The position numbers and the translations under genes were made by a program. A DNA stretch of 64,000 nucleotides. It comes from a virus. The notes beneath the pieces were generated by a model, which was not told the origin of the DNA, made no database searches, and was given only the letters and a program-made list of their open reading frames with translations. The stretch spans positions 12,663 through 76,662 of the IMG/VR virus record IMGVR_UViG_3300044712_002706. The stretch is one strand, 5' to 3'. Shown in pieces: positions 55,527 to 63,815 of the stretch (within the stretch, counting starts at the first letter, position 1; each line of letters opens with the position of its first letter).

Positions 55527-57479
55527 ATGGCAGATGACAAATTTGGACGGCAGGGACTTTCCCGCGACGCAGAAGCGGCACGGGTACTCAATTACACCAA
55601 GCCGGTGCCAGGCGGGACAATTGATTGGGGAACACCGACGATTACCACTATCCAGCCAGATGATGCGGCCAACGCCGGAAGCAGTACAAACCCGGCACGG
55701 TCTGACCATAAGCACGCCATTGTTGCGGCATCGGCTGGGACGATCCAGCCGGATGATAGCGCCGCGGAAGGGTCAGCGACGAGTTTCGCCCGCTCCGATC
55801 ACCGGCACGCCAACGTCACCGCAGCGCCTGGGGCAAACAGCGTCAACTTATCAGCCAGCGCGGAAGGCTCTGCCACATCGTTTGCGCGCTCTGATCATAC
55901 TCACCAACTCGACCAGGGGATTGCGCCTACGTGGACAAACGACCACATCTTTCAGGCAGGCCTGACCACACGCCATATCATGCCACAGGCCACCGACACC
56001 TACGATCTGGGCAGCAGCACCAAGCTGTGGCGAAAGGGCTGGCTGAGTGAGATGGATGCAATCTTATTCGCTCAAAACACCATCACCCTCCTGGGTGGAT
56101 GGTTTCTAATCAGTAAGGGCGAGGGGGCGCTGCCGTTTGATGTCGTAGCGGCTGATACCGTCATCAATTTTGGGGCCGGGGCCAGCATCGCACAGAACGA
56201 TTTTGTTCTCTTCCGAGCAGCTGGCAAGGTCGAGTACATGCAGATTGGCACGAATTATTCCGGCAATTCGTGGAATGTGACGCGCAACCTGGACGGCAGC
56301 GGGGCCAATGATTGGGCAGGCGGCTCGCCTTATGTAAACCTGGGCTACAACGGCACCGGGCGGATCGAGCTAAACGCCTACGATACGCCGCGCATCCAGA
56401 TACTCAGTCAGGGCGCAACGTACAACGCCCAAACCGAAGTAATCCGCTTGGGTGATTTGAATGGCAACTGGGGATATAGCGTGGCAACCTACGGGATTGC
56501 CCTGGGCGAGTATGCGGCGAGCAAGGCCAACATGACCTGGGACGCCACCAACGGCCTGCGGCTGCGCACCTACACAGACACGGTGATCCAACTGGATAAC
56601 GCCGGGAATGCCGACATCACCGGAAAACTGCGAATGCCAGGCACAAGCAGCGCCATTGCCATTGGCTCCACGCCACCCACAGCAGCCAATGCCGGGACAG
56701 GCGTATGGATTGATCGGACGGGCCTGTACGGGATACTATCCAACACGTATCAGGTGAAAATTGATGCCACGACGGGCAAGCTGGTGGCCGGTAGTGGGTA
56801 TGTGTCTATCGCCGCAGATGGCATCAGCCTGTCGGGGGCGAGTCGGGCATCGGTAACGGATGTGCAATGGACGGGTGCGGGCAACGACTACGTTGTGAAA
56901 ATGTTCGGGCGCAGAAACGGCAACACAGACGTAGAGTATGGTTCGTTTTCCGTGCAGTGCATTGGCGATGCGCAGAGCTTCACCGGAACCGATTCGCTGT
57001 GGCTGTATATGCAGGGCGGGAATGCGACCAATGACCCTAAGTTGACATTGTATTCGCACGGAGTAGAGCGATTATCCATCACGCCATTGGCGGCCATATT
57101 TGCAGTCGATGTATATAGCGTCGCATGGACGGACTACAGCGCCAGTTCCACTATTACCGGATGGAGCAGCTTTACTACCAAAAAAATCATGTACAAGAAA
57201 GTCGGGCGGAGAGTAGATGTGTTTTTTAGTATTCGAGGCACATCAGACTCGACGGCGGTCAGTTTCACCCTGCCGTACGCAATGAACAACGATGGCATGA
57301 CCCTGATTGGGCCTATCTACTGTGTTGATAATAATGCACAGCAATCTGCGCCAGGAACTTTTTCTCTTGGCGCTGGTGGCAGTACGGTGAGCTGTTACAA
57401 AACCTGGACTGTTAGCGGTAACTGGACTAACACGAGCACCAAAGAAGTTGTTGGCTCGTTTTCTTACGAAACGAGTTAA
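55527..57479 (+). CDS. Tail fibre/receptor-binding protein
   Basis: Repeated SFARSDHxH motifs; paralog of 2..1954; C-terminal YKKVGRRV..FTLPY. Confidence 0.8.
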   Translation: MADDKFGRQGLSRDAEAARVLNYTKPVPGGTIDWGTPTITTIQPDDAANAGSSTNPARSDHKHAIVAASAGTIQPDDSAAEGSATSFARSDHRHANVTAAPGANSVNLSASAEGSATSFARSDHTHQLDQGIAPTWTNDHIFQAGLTTRHIMPQATDTYDLGSSTKLWRKGWLSEMDAILFAQNTITLLGGWFLISKGEGALPFDVVAADTVINFGAGASIAQNDFVLFRAAGKVEYMQIGTNYSGNSWNVTRNLDGSGANDWAGGSPYVNLGYNGTGRIELNAYDTPRIQILSQGATYNAQTEVIRLGDLNGNWGYSVATYGIALGEYAASKANMTWDATNGLRLRTYTDTVIQLDNAGNADITGKLRMPGTSSAIAIGSTPPTAANAGTGVWIDRTGLYGILSNTYQVKIDATTGKLVAGSGYVSIAADGISLSGASRASVTDVQWTGAGNDYVVKMFGRRNGNTDVEYGSFSVQCIGDAQSFTGTDSLWLYMQGGNATNDPKLTLYSHGVERLSITPLAAIFAVDVYSVAWTDYSASSTITGWSSFTTKKIMYKKVGRRVDVFFSIRGTSDSTAVSFTLPYAMNNDGMTLIGPIYCVDNNAQQSAPGTFSLGAGGSTVSCYKTWTVSGNWTNTSTKEVVGSFSYETS

Positions 57480-57501
57480 AGTTAAGCAGAAAGGAACACA
57501 A

Positions 57502-57684
57502 ATGCAACCAATTACCCCCCAGCAGGCCCTCGGTATATTAGACCAGGCCACCCAGCCGGCTGCGGCTGGCAAGCTCAACCGCGCCGACTATATCAACATC
57601 CAGGCTGCCCTGGAGACGCTGGCGCATTTCGTGAAGACGAACCCAGAGCCAGAGCCAGAAACGAAAGTCGAGACGAAGCAATGA
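57502..57684 (+). CDS. Small phage protein after the tail fibre
   Basis: Paralog of 2015..2209. Confidence 0.75.
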   Translation: MQPITPQQALGILDQATQPAAAGKLNRADYINIQAALETLAHFVKTNPEPEPETKVETKQ

Positions 57685-58001
57685 AGACCAAGCTATCCAT
57701 CTTGCTGGTTCTCCTGGTGCTGCTGGCGCTCGTGGTTAGCCAGGCGTCAGCCGACGATACACAACCGGCGGCGACGGCCACGGTCATGATCCGTCTTCCC
57801 AGCCCAACGCCATTGCCGAGCCAGGCCTCGACCGCAGCGCCCACCGCGCAATCCGCCTACCCGGCCCCGGACGAAGACGCACAGCCACCGGTGGCAGAAG
57901 CGCCCGCCTACCCTGCGCCAGATGCGGTAGCGGGTCGAACACTCGTTGACGACGTGGTCAATTATTTAGTCGGGGTCTTTCGGCGCATCATCCCCCAGTA
58001 A
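57681..58001 (+). CDS. Small secreted Pro/Ala-rich protein
   Basis: Signal peptide; AYPAP repeats. Confidence 0.65.
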   Translation: MKTKLSILLVLLVLLALVVSQASADDTQPAATATVMIRLPSPTPLPSQASTAAPTAQSAYPAPDEDAQPPVAEAPAYPAPDAVAGRTLVDDVVNYLVGVFRRIIPQ

Positions 58002-58004
58002 AAC

Positions 58005-58035
58005 AAAAAGCCACAATCGTGAGTTGTGGCTTTTA
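58005..58035. terminator. Bidirectional terminator
   Basis: AAAAAGCCACAA..TTGTGGCTTTT. Confidence 0.7.
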
Positions 58036-58161
58036 TGCGAGATAGTTTCTCAGAACATGCGCACCAGGTGGGCGTTCGTGCACCCATTTCACGGGCATAG
58101 GTTCCCGTTTTCGGCCTGTCACGGTTGGTGCGGATTGGGTTAGGTCTCGGTTCGCTCGCAT
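58033..58161 (-). other. Leaderless 42-aa ORF or structured sRNA
   Basis: TATAAT-6nt-ATG; ORF ends at the terminator; ends of the unit are complementary. Confidence 0.4.
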
Positions 58162-58177
58162 GTTCTCATTATACAGC

Positions 58178-58213
58178 AAAAACCGCCTTGACTGTACAAT
58201 CAAGGCGGTTTTT
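58178..58213. terminator. Bidirectional terminator
   Basis: AAAAACCGCCTTGA..TCAAGGCGGTTTTT. Confidence 0.7.
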
Positions 58214-58236
58214 CTTTGTGCTTGCGCGCAAGCAGC

Positions 58237-58449
58237 CTACTTTAGACCGGTCTGTGCCCCAAAAACAGCCTGGCGTAATTCATCCGCATGCCGGTCACAG
58301 ACGACCATGCACTGGGTGAAGCTGAAAAGATGGAAGCGGATTTCAAAGAGCTTGGTTTCTGGCGTGTGGTCGGCGACATCACAGACATTGCAGTAGGTAT
58401 TCTTGGTGTCGGCGATTCGGGTAACTGTGATTTTTGGAGTGGTACTCAT
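58237..58449 (-). CDS. Small Cys/His phage protein
   Basis: Paralog of 12079..12291. Confidence 0.8.
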   Translation of the reverse strand: MSTTPKITVTRIADTKNTYCNVCDVADHTPETKLFEIRFHLFSFTQCMVVCDRHADELRQAVFGAQTGLK

Positions 58450-58503
58450 GGCGGTTTCCTTTCGGTTTGGATTTACACCATGTTATGGGGGCGGCTCAGG
58501 AAG

Positions 58504-59217
58504 TCAAGGTAATGGATTGGCCTGCCTCATCTCATCGATGGCATCCAGGATGGCGTACCGCTCCAGTTGGCCCATGCCCTGGAGCTTGCCCAGCCAGCGG
58601 GTTTTCTTGCGTTTGATGCGCTCTCGCTCCCGATAGTTGCGACCGAGATACCGATAATCGTGCAGCTCGAACGGCTCTGGGTAGTTCATCCACAGCCATT
58701 CGGTGGCCGGGCTTCCGCCTCGGGTGGTAGTCTGGAACTGGACGGTGCGCCACCCGGCCAGGGCGTTGGCGTACATCTCCGAGTAGTAGCCGCTAATCAT
58801 CACCATGCAGCGCAGGCCGGTGATGATGTCGAGCAAGAGCCGGTGATCGTCGTCGGTCAGCTCGCATCGGTAGATCGGGCGATGTTGCCGGCGGGTTGAC
58901 ATCAGATAGGGCGGGTCGAGATATAGCAGCGTGCGGGGATCGTGGCAAATGTCTCCTATGTCTGCCGCTAGCCAGCCCAGGGTGTCGGTACAAACCCATT
59001 TGCTGTTCGAGACCATCGGGCTTATTTGCACACTGGCGCTGATCACTGCTTCAGCATCGCTATCGATGCCGATGTTGGCCAGCGGGGCCGGCCGCTTGGC
59101 CCGCATGACGGCCCCACTGCCGAGGAAGCCCTCGACGTAGATGTCGTGCGGGGGCATCTGGTTGATGATGGCCTGGTAGACGCCACTGCCGTTTTTACCG
59201 CCTGGGTATGTGGTCAT
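58504..59217 (-). CDS. Orphan DNA adenine methyltransferase (Dam/D12-like)
   Basis: YPGGK, YVEGFLGSGAV, YLDPPY, MISGY, TEWLWMNY. Confidence 0.9.
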   Translation of the reverse strand: MTTYPGGKNGSGVYQAIINQMPPHDIYVEGFLGSGAVMRAKRPAPLANIGIDSDAEAVISASVQISPMVSNSKWVCTDTLGWLAADIGDICHDPRTLLYLDPPYLMSTRRQHRPIYRCELTDDDHRLLLDIITGLRCMVMISGYYSEMYANALAGWRTVQFQTTTRGGSPATEWLWMNYPEPFELHDYRYLGRNYRERERIKRKKTRWLGKLQGMGQLERYAILDAIDEMRQANPLP

Positions 59218-59459
59218 TGTTCCTGTCGTCGCTGTGCGAGTTGTGCAATTTGAGACAGCTTTAAGTTTGCTTCGTTGAGCTGTCTTGCTGCATCGTTGTA
59301 CAACTTCTCAAATTCGCTTTCCGATTGAGCCTTATCGCGGCAAGAATAACAAACACCGTGATATGTACCATCGGAAAGTGGCTCGACATACACGGCGAGT
59401 TCCTTTTTGTAGCCGCAAACTAAGCAGCTTGATACTGGGGGTGAATATTTATCTTCCAT
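59214..59459 (-). CDS. Small zinc-finger protein
   Basis: CLVCG and CYSC motifs; coupled to the methyltransferase. Confidence 0.55.
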   Translation of the reverse strand: MEDKYSPPVSSCLVCGYKKELAVYVEPLSDGTYHGVCYSCRDKAQSESEFEKLYNDAARQLNEANLKLSQIAQLAQRRQEQ

Positions 59460-59554
59460 GAGATATCCTATCGCTATTTCTAGCGGTGCAGGCCTGCGGT
59501 CCACATCGCCAGTTTTGGTGGTGTGATCAGGTGGTGATCCACCTGATCACATGA

Positions 59555-59935
59555 TCACCTGGTGGCATCGCCGTTTGTGGCGGTGGGTGCCGGCGTTGCA
59601 TCGCCGGAAACTACGAGCAAGGCAGCGCGGCAGATAGCCAGCGGGGCCGTATTACCCCAGGCCAACCAAAATTCACCATTCCCTCGAAGATGAGTATCGG
59701 CCATCCACCTTGATTTCTCGTATTCTGGCGGAAATAGCCGAAAGTCTTTTTGCGTAATGCTCAGTCCGAGTTTCTCTACAATTTCCCATGCTGTGGATAT
59801 GTTGGTCGAATAGCCTGTTTTATTTGCAAAGAAACGCTCGTTCCATTCGTCAACCGTATGCCCGAACACAACCTGAGAAATAAGCTGGTCAAGGTCTTGA
59901 CCAGCCTGCATAGCCATAATTTCATCACGGTTCAT
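59555..59935 (-). CDS. Phage ABA-sandwich-like protein
   Basis: YSTNISTAWEIVEKL and TAPLAICRAAL motifs. Confidence 0.7.
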   Translation of the reverse strand: MNRDEIMAMQAGQDLDQLISQVVFGHTVDEWNERFFANKTGYSTNISTAWEIVEKLGLSITQKDFRLFPPEYEKSRWMADTHLRGNGEFWLAWGNTAPLAICRAALLVVSGDATPAPTATNGDATR

Positions 59936-60159
59936 TCATATTCTCCGCTTGGCTCAATCGTCGATTCCATCGTAAAACCACAACCAGGTTTAGCGGCTTC
60001 ATCGAATATATCCTCGCTCTGTAAAAGTTCGGCGATTTTATCGACAAGAAGTTGCTTGAACTTTTTGTTACCGACAAAAGAGATCGTGATAATTTCGCGA
60101 CGTTTCGCTTTAGCCGCCTGCGTGTGGGACTCGGCGATGGGCTTAGAACGGCTCGCCAT
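59932..60159 (-). CDS. Hypothetical protein
   Basis: Fills the operon gap; start uncertain. Confidence 0.4.
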   Translation of the reverse strand: MASRSKPIAESHTQAAKAKRREIITISFVGNKKFKQLLVDKIAELLQSEDIFDEAAKPGCGFTMESTIEPSGEYE

Positions 60160-60511
60160 TGTCATCCTCGTTATCTTCCTCATCGTCATCTTCGCCCTCG
60201 TCGCTTGGGTCGTAATCATCGCCCATATTCTCGCCGGCTTTGCTGGGCAGTGCGATATACACGTTCACCGGCTCAACACGCATCGAACACGCCGCAGCCG
60301 TGGCGATTTCGTTGCTCACTGGTGTGATGCTGTAAATCGCACCAGGCCCATACAGGCGCGTGAAGGCGGGTCGGGTGGGCAGCTCGGGCACGTCCACACG
60401 GATGAAGCCTTGCCCGGCAATCACCTGCTCGGTCACACGGCCCGCAATGCGAGCATGGCCGAAAAGTTCCACGATGGCGAAAACGTCAAAGGTTGGGGGT
60501 TGGGTGGTCAT
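60143..60511 (-). CDS. Hypothetical phage protein with acidic tail
   Basis: AIVELFGHARIAG..FIRVDVP..YSITP. Confidence 0.7.
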   Translation of the reverse strand: MTTQPPTFDVFAIVELFGHARIAGRVTEQVIAGQGFIRVDVPELPTRPAFTRLYGPGAIYSITPVSNEIATAAACSMRVEPVNVYIALPSKAGENMGDDYDPSDEGEDDDEEDNEDDNGEPF

Positions 60512-60738
60512 TTCGGTTTCCTGATCTTCATCTTGAAAACGCCATGCGTCTGATCAACGAACACGACATCGAAGTGCAGGCCGCTGATGGTGATTACATC
60601 GCCCTTGCGGGGCAGGCGGCCAACGCTGACGTTTTGCACGTTAGGCTTGCTCATGGCATCCTGAACGGCAGGACCGACTTCTTCTTCGTCGAGTTGGCGG
60701 GTTTCGAGTAGGTTTCCAGACGGGTCAAATGCTTGCAT
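60508..60738 (-). CDS. Hypothetical protein
   Basis: AGGAG RBS; ATGA overlap. Confidence 0.6.
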   Translation of the reverse strand: MQAFDPSGNLLETRQLDEEEVGPAVQDAMSKPNVQNVSVGRLPRKGDVITISGLHFDVVFVDQTHGVFKMKIRKPK

Positions 60739-60746
60739 AAAATCTC

Positions 60747-60947
60747 CTATCTTTTTGGTGTCAAATCAAGACGTTTGGTAAAGCCATCCGCGATGGCTTT
60801 CTTTTCACACTCATAGTTCGGTAATACATCCGGGGCGTTATTCCCATCCAGAACGATTCTGATGGTACAAACATGGATGCGAGTTACCCGGTTTATCCAG
60901 ACTGGCATAGGGTGATATTGGATACCGCAATAGTGGCATTTTTCCAT
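60747..60947 (-). CDS. Small Cys-containing protein
   Basis: Translationally coupled ORF. Confidence 0.5.
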   Translation of the reverse strand: MEKCHYCGIQYHPMPVWINRVTRIHVCTIRIVLDGNNAPDVLPNYECEKKAIADGFTKRLDLTPKR

Positions 60948-61156
60948 TACAGGTCTTCTCCCAAATCAGGCAGCTCGAAGTCATCATCTTCGCTTTCCGC
61001 ACCCAGGGCCACGCCTGAGCGCATGGACTCGCGCACGGTGGCGGCCATGCCCCGCAGCGGGGCCGATTGGACGAGGGCGATCAGGTCGTCGTCTCGGCCC
61101 GGCTTGAGGGTGACGCGGACTGTCAGGATGATGGTGCCGTCTGATTTTGTGATCAT
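60947..61156 (-). CDS. Possible ribbon-helix-helix ParR-like adaptor
   Basis: Beta strand (LTVRVTL), PGRDDDLI helix, second helix, acidic tail. Confidence 0.45.
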   Translation of the reverse strand: MITKSDGTIILTVRVTLKPGRDDDLIALVQSAPLRGMAATVRESMRSGVALGAESEDDDFELPDLGEDL

Positions 61157-61356
61157 TGGTAAAAAGTCAAGCCCATGGTGCGGATGGTATAGCGCTTGCG
61201 TCGGTGGTCGTGCTTGGACAGATGCCACCACCCACACCAAGGGCATTCATAGAAATACATGCGGGTGCCGTATTTTTTGTAGGATAGCTTGATGGCGTGG
61301 AGTGCTTGAGAACGCCGGTAATACACACGCTTTCGACCACAGCCGTTATAGCTCAT
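61153..61356 (-). CDS. Small zinc-binding protein
   Basis: CGRKRVY..YECPWCGWWHL. Confidence 0.6.
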   Translation of the reverse strand: MSYNGCGRKRVYYRRSQALHAIKLSYKKYGTRMYFYECPWCGWWHLSKHDHRRKRYTIRTMGLTFYQ

Positions 61357-61411
61357 CGCCTGGCAGCTACCTTTTGTAGAACGGAGAAAGACCGGAAAGT
61401 GTTATGCCACA

Positions 61412-61825
61412 TCAGAACAATACACCTTGCACCAGGTGCGAATTATCTCCATGAGCGAATTGCTCACGAAGAATGCCGTAATATTGTTGGTCGAAGGCGA
61501 CTTCGTCGGTGATAAGTATCCAGTTTTCGCAAACGAACCTGTCATTCATATGAATGAATGGCCCAAGGTGGAAACAGCCATCGTCTTCGAAGATGATGTC
61601 ATGATCGCGCTTGTCAATCTTTCCACTCGAAGACAGTCGTCGACCGGTGTGGGCATTTATCCAGCGGCTGGGCTTATGACAAAAATCATTGAACGTATAT
61701 TGAGAGAGCGGGTAACTTTCCCGATCTTCTCTTACTCCGTCGTAATACGTAACACCTTCAGCCTTTTTAGGCGGCCAGGTGTTGATTTCATAAAGAAACG
61801 CAACCGGATGGTTATGCATTCCCAT
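61412..61825 (-). CDS. Hypothetical protein
   Basis: Low-GC ORF within the operon. Confidence 0.5.
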   Translation of the reverse strand: MGMHNHPVAFLYEINTWPPKKAEGVTYYDGVREDRESYPLSQYTFNDFCHKPSRWINAHTGRRLSSSGKIDKRDHDIIFEDDGCFHLGPFIHMNDRFVCENWILITDEVAFDQQYYGILREQFAHGDNSHLVQGVLF

Positions 61826-62177
61826 GAGCCACCTTCTCCATCTCATCAATCAGCGCCAGAAGCCCGGATTTCTTCATCTCCCGGCGTGCATGCCTTCGCC
61901 CGGCCTTGCCTGCCCGCTCGATCTCGGCGTCCATCCAGGTCTTGATGACATCAGGATAACCGGCCTTTGCGGCGTATTGCCACAGATCGACGCTTCTTTG
62001 TAGGTCTGCGATCTGCCGTTTTAGTGCTTTGTTATCGTCTTCCGCACGGGCGAGATGCGCCGAGCGCTGAACGGCCAAGAATTCATATTCGGCAGCAGTG
62101 CTGGCACAGTCGTCGCAGATGGCCTGGCTACACGCGGTGCAGAGAAAGGTGGGGGAAGCGGGCGGCGTGGTGGTCAT
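61812..62177 (-). CDS. Zinc finger plus coiled-coil protein
   Basis: CTAC..CDDC. Confidence 0.6.
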   Translation of the reverse strand: MTTTPPASPTFLCTACSQAICDDCASTAAEYEFLAVQRSAHLARAEDDNKALKRQIADLQRSVDLWQYAAKAGYPDVIKTWMDAEIERAGKAGRRHARREMKKSGLLALIDEMEKVAHGNA

Positions 62178-62455
62178 TTCTCGCCTTCAACCTTCTCTGC
62201 GTCTGGCCAGACCGTTCGGCGGTATTTTGTCAGTTCCTCAATGAAGAAGCCGAGCGTGTCAGGGGACTTGAAGCGCAGCACTAGCGGGAGAGTAAGCTCC
62301 TGAACGTTGAAAATAAAATGCACCTGTTCTGGTGGGAGTTTGGCTTCATCGTCTGGGCACCAGGCGGCGATCTGCACTTGCGGTTCGCTCAGCGCAATGA
62401 ATCCAGGCTTTGGGATGGAGTGGCGTTCTAATACGCCGCGTGGTTTGATGCTCAT
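62174..62455 (-). CDS. Hypothetical protein
   Basis: Translationally coupled ORF. Confidence 0.6.
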   Translation of the reverse strand: MSIKPRGVLERHSIPKPGFIALSEPQVQIAAWCPDDEAKLPPEQVHFIFNVQELTLPLVLRFKSPDTLGFFIEELTKYRRTVWPDAEKVEGEK

Positions 62456-62457
62456 TC

Positions 62458-63759
62458 TTACCCTACCCTTGCCCCGCCGATCACTTCGCCGGCCTTGATA
62501 CGAGCCGTAACAGGCCGGCCCGCATTGGATGCAGAAACGATAGCGGAGATGCGTTCTTCCTGCTTGCGCTCCAGCTCGGCGTGACGATTACGGCCCCTGC
62601 ACGTGGTGCAAATTCCATCTTCCTTTGCTGCGCCTTTTCCGCATTGGGTGCAGCGCTGGGCCTCGACGGCCAACGCTGACTTCGCCGGGCGGCCACGTTT
62701 GCGGGGAGTTTCTGAAGGTGCAGCATCGCCGGTCTTGGTGGTGTTGCCGGCGGGTTCGATGACATCGGCAGTTTTGGCGATGCTGGCCACGGGCTGCGCT
62801 ACGGGTTCATCCTTACGAGCGCGGGCAGAGTACCACTTCCACAGGCCGCGCACGTTGGCGGTGATGGGGTCTTCGGGCCAGGCCACGGCAGCGCCTCGGC
62901 GGGCCAGTTCGTTGCGCAGCAGATCACCCAGGACGAGCGCCCCGCCACCGGTGGGAATGACCGACGTGAAGCGGGTCAGGTTGGGCCAGGCCCGCTCGAC
63001 CACGGCCATGATCTCGCTCAGCCAGGTGTTGAGCTGCTCAGTGCTTGCGCGCACGCGCCCGGCACGCAGATCTGCGTCGGTCTCTTCCATGTCGTGGCTG
63101 CCATTCAGCGAAGCCAGCAGGCGGCGCACGCCCACCTTGGCACCGGCGACGAAGCGGGGTTCGACTTCCCCGCCGCGCAGGGCGTACAGGTCGAGCGTGT
63201 TCAGGCCCACGTCGAGCACGGCGGTCTCGGCATCCTTGCCACCCTTGCGGAAGTGCTGATCGGGGCCGATCAGCCAATCGGCGTAAGCGCCCACCGGCTG
63301 GGCCAGCACTTTGACGTTGACGATGGTGACGGTGTAAGGGTTGCCGTCTACGACGAAGGTATGCTCGCCCTTGTAGGTGCGCAGGGCAGTGAATGCGGCT
63401 TCCGCCTGGCTGCGGTCTTGCAGGAGCGGGACGGGCAGGCCAACCACGAGTTGGTCAATGGTGAGCGCCCCGGGCTTCACCAGCTCGCTGAGCGCCCGGA
63501 AGAACAGGGCCTTGCGGTCGGGGCCGGCGAGGGCGGTGTAATCGAGCGAGGTGACGGGTTCGCCGTGCAGCCAGGCGTTTTGGCCGACGGCGTAGGATGT
63601 ACAGTCTAGTTGGATGGTTTTGACCGTGCCGGTTTTGAGACCGGTGGCAGCGAGGCCGATGCTATGTTGAATGGCGACGGCAGTTTGGATGGTGGCGGTC
63701 AGGCCGTCATGGCACACTTTGGTGTTCCCGAACCCGGGGTCTAAGGCGATGGTGAGCAT
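62458..63759 (-). CDS. ParM/StbA-family actin-like ATPase with C-terminal AT-hook and CxxC pairs
   Basis: ALDPGFGNTK, VVGLP, AQPVGA, LDVGLNTLD, TGGGA, ANVRGL; tail contains RKRGRP, CTQC and CTTC. Confidence 0.85.
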   Translation of the reverse strand: MLTIALDPGFGNTKVCHDGLTATIQTAVAIQHSIGLAATGLKTGTVKTIQLDCTSYAVGQNAWLHGEPVTSLDYTALAGPDRKALFFRALSELVKPGALTIDQLVVGLPVPLLQDRSQAEAAFTALRTYKGEHTFVVDGNPYTVTIVNVKVLAQPVGAYADWLIGPDQHFRKGGKDAETAVLDVGLNTLDLYALRGGEVEPRFVAGAKVGVRRLLASLNGSHDMEETDADLRAGRVRASTEQLNTWLSEIMAVVERAWPNLTRFTSVIPTGGGALVLGDLLRNELARRGAAVAWPEDPITANVRGLWKWYSARARKDEPVAQPVASIAKTADVIEPAGNTTKTGDAAPSETPRKRGRPAKSALAVEAQRCTQCGKGAAKEDGICTTCRGRNRHAELERKQEERISAIVSASNAGRPVTARIKAGEVIGGARVG

Positions 63760-63771
63760 GTGATTTTCCTT

Positions 63772-63815
63772 GAATGTTACATTGATGAATTGTTGATGCC
63801 GAATGTTACATTCGG
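63772..63815. repeat. Two GAATGTTACATT palindromic boxes upstream of the ParM-like gene
   Basis: 63772-63783 and CCGAATGTTACATTCGG at 63799-63815. Confidence 0.6.

Noticed and set aside
55527..58200. Diversity-generating retroelement or invertible tail-fibre cassette
   Set aside because: No reverse transcriptase, template/variable repeat pair or invertase is visible.
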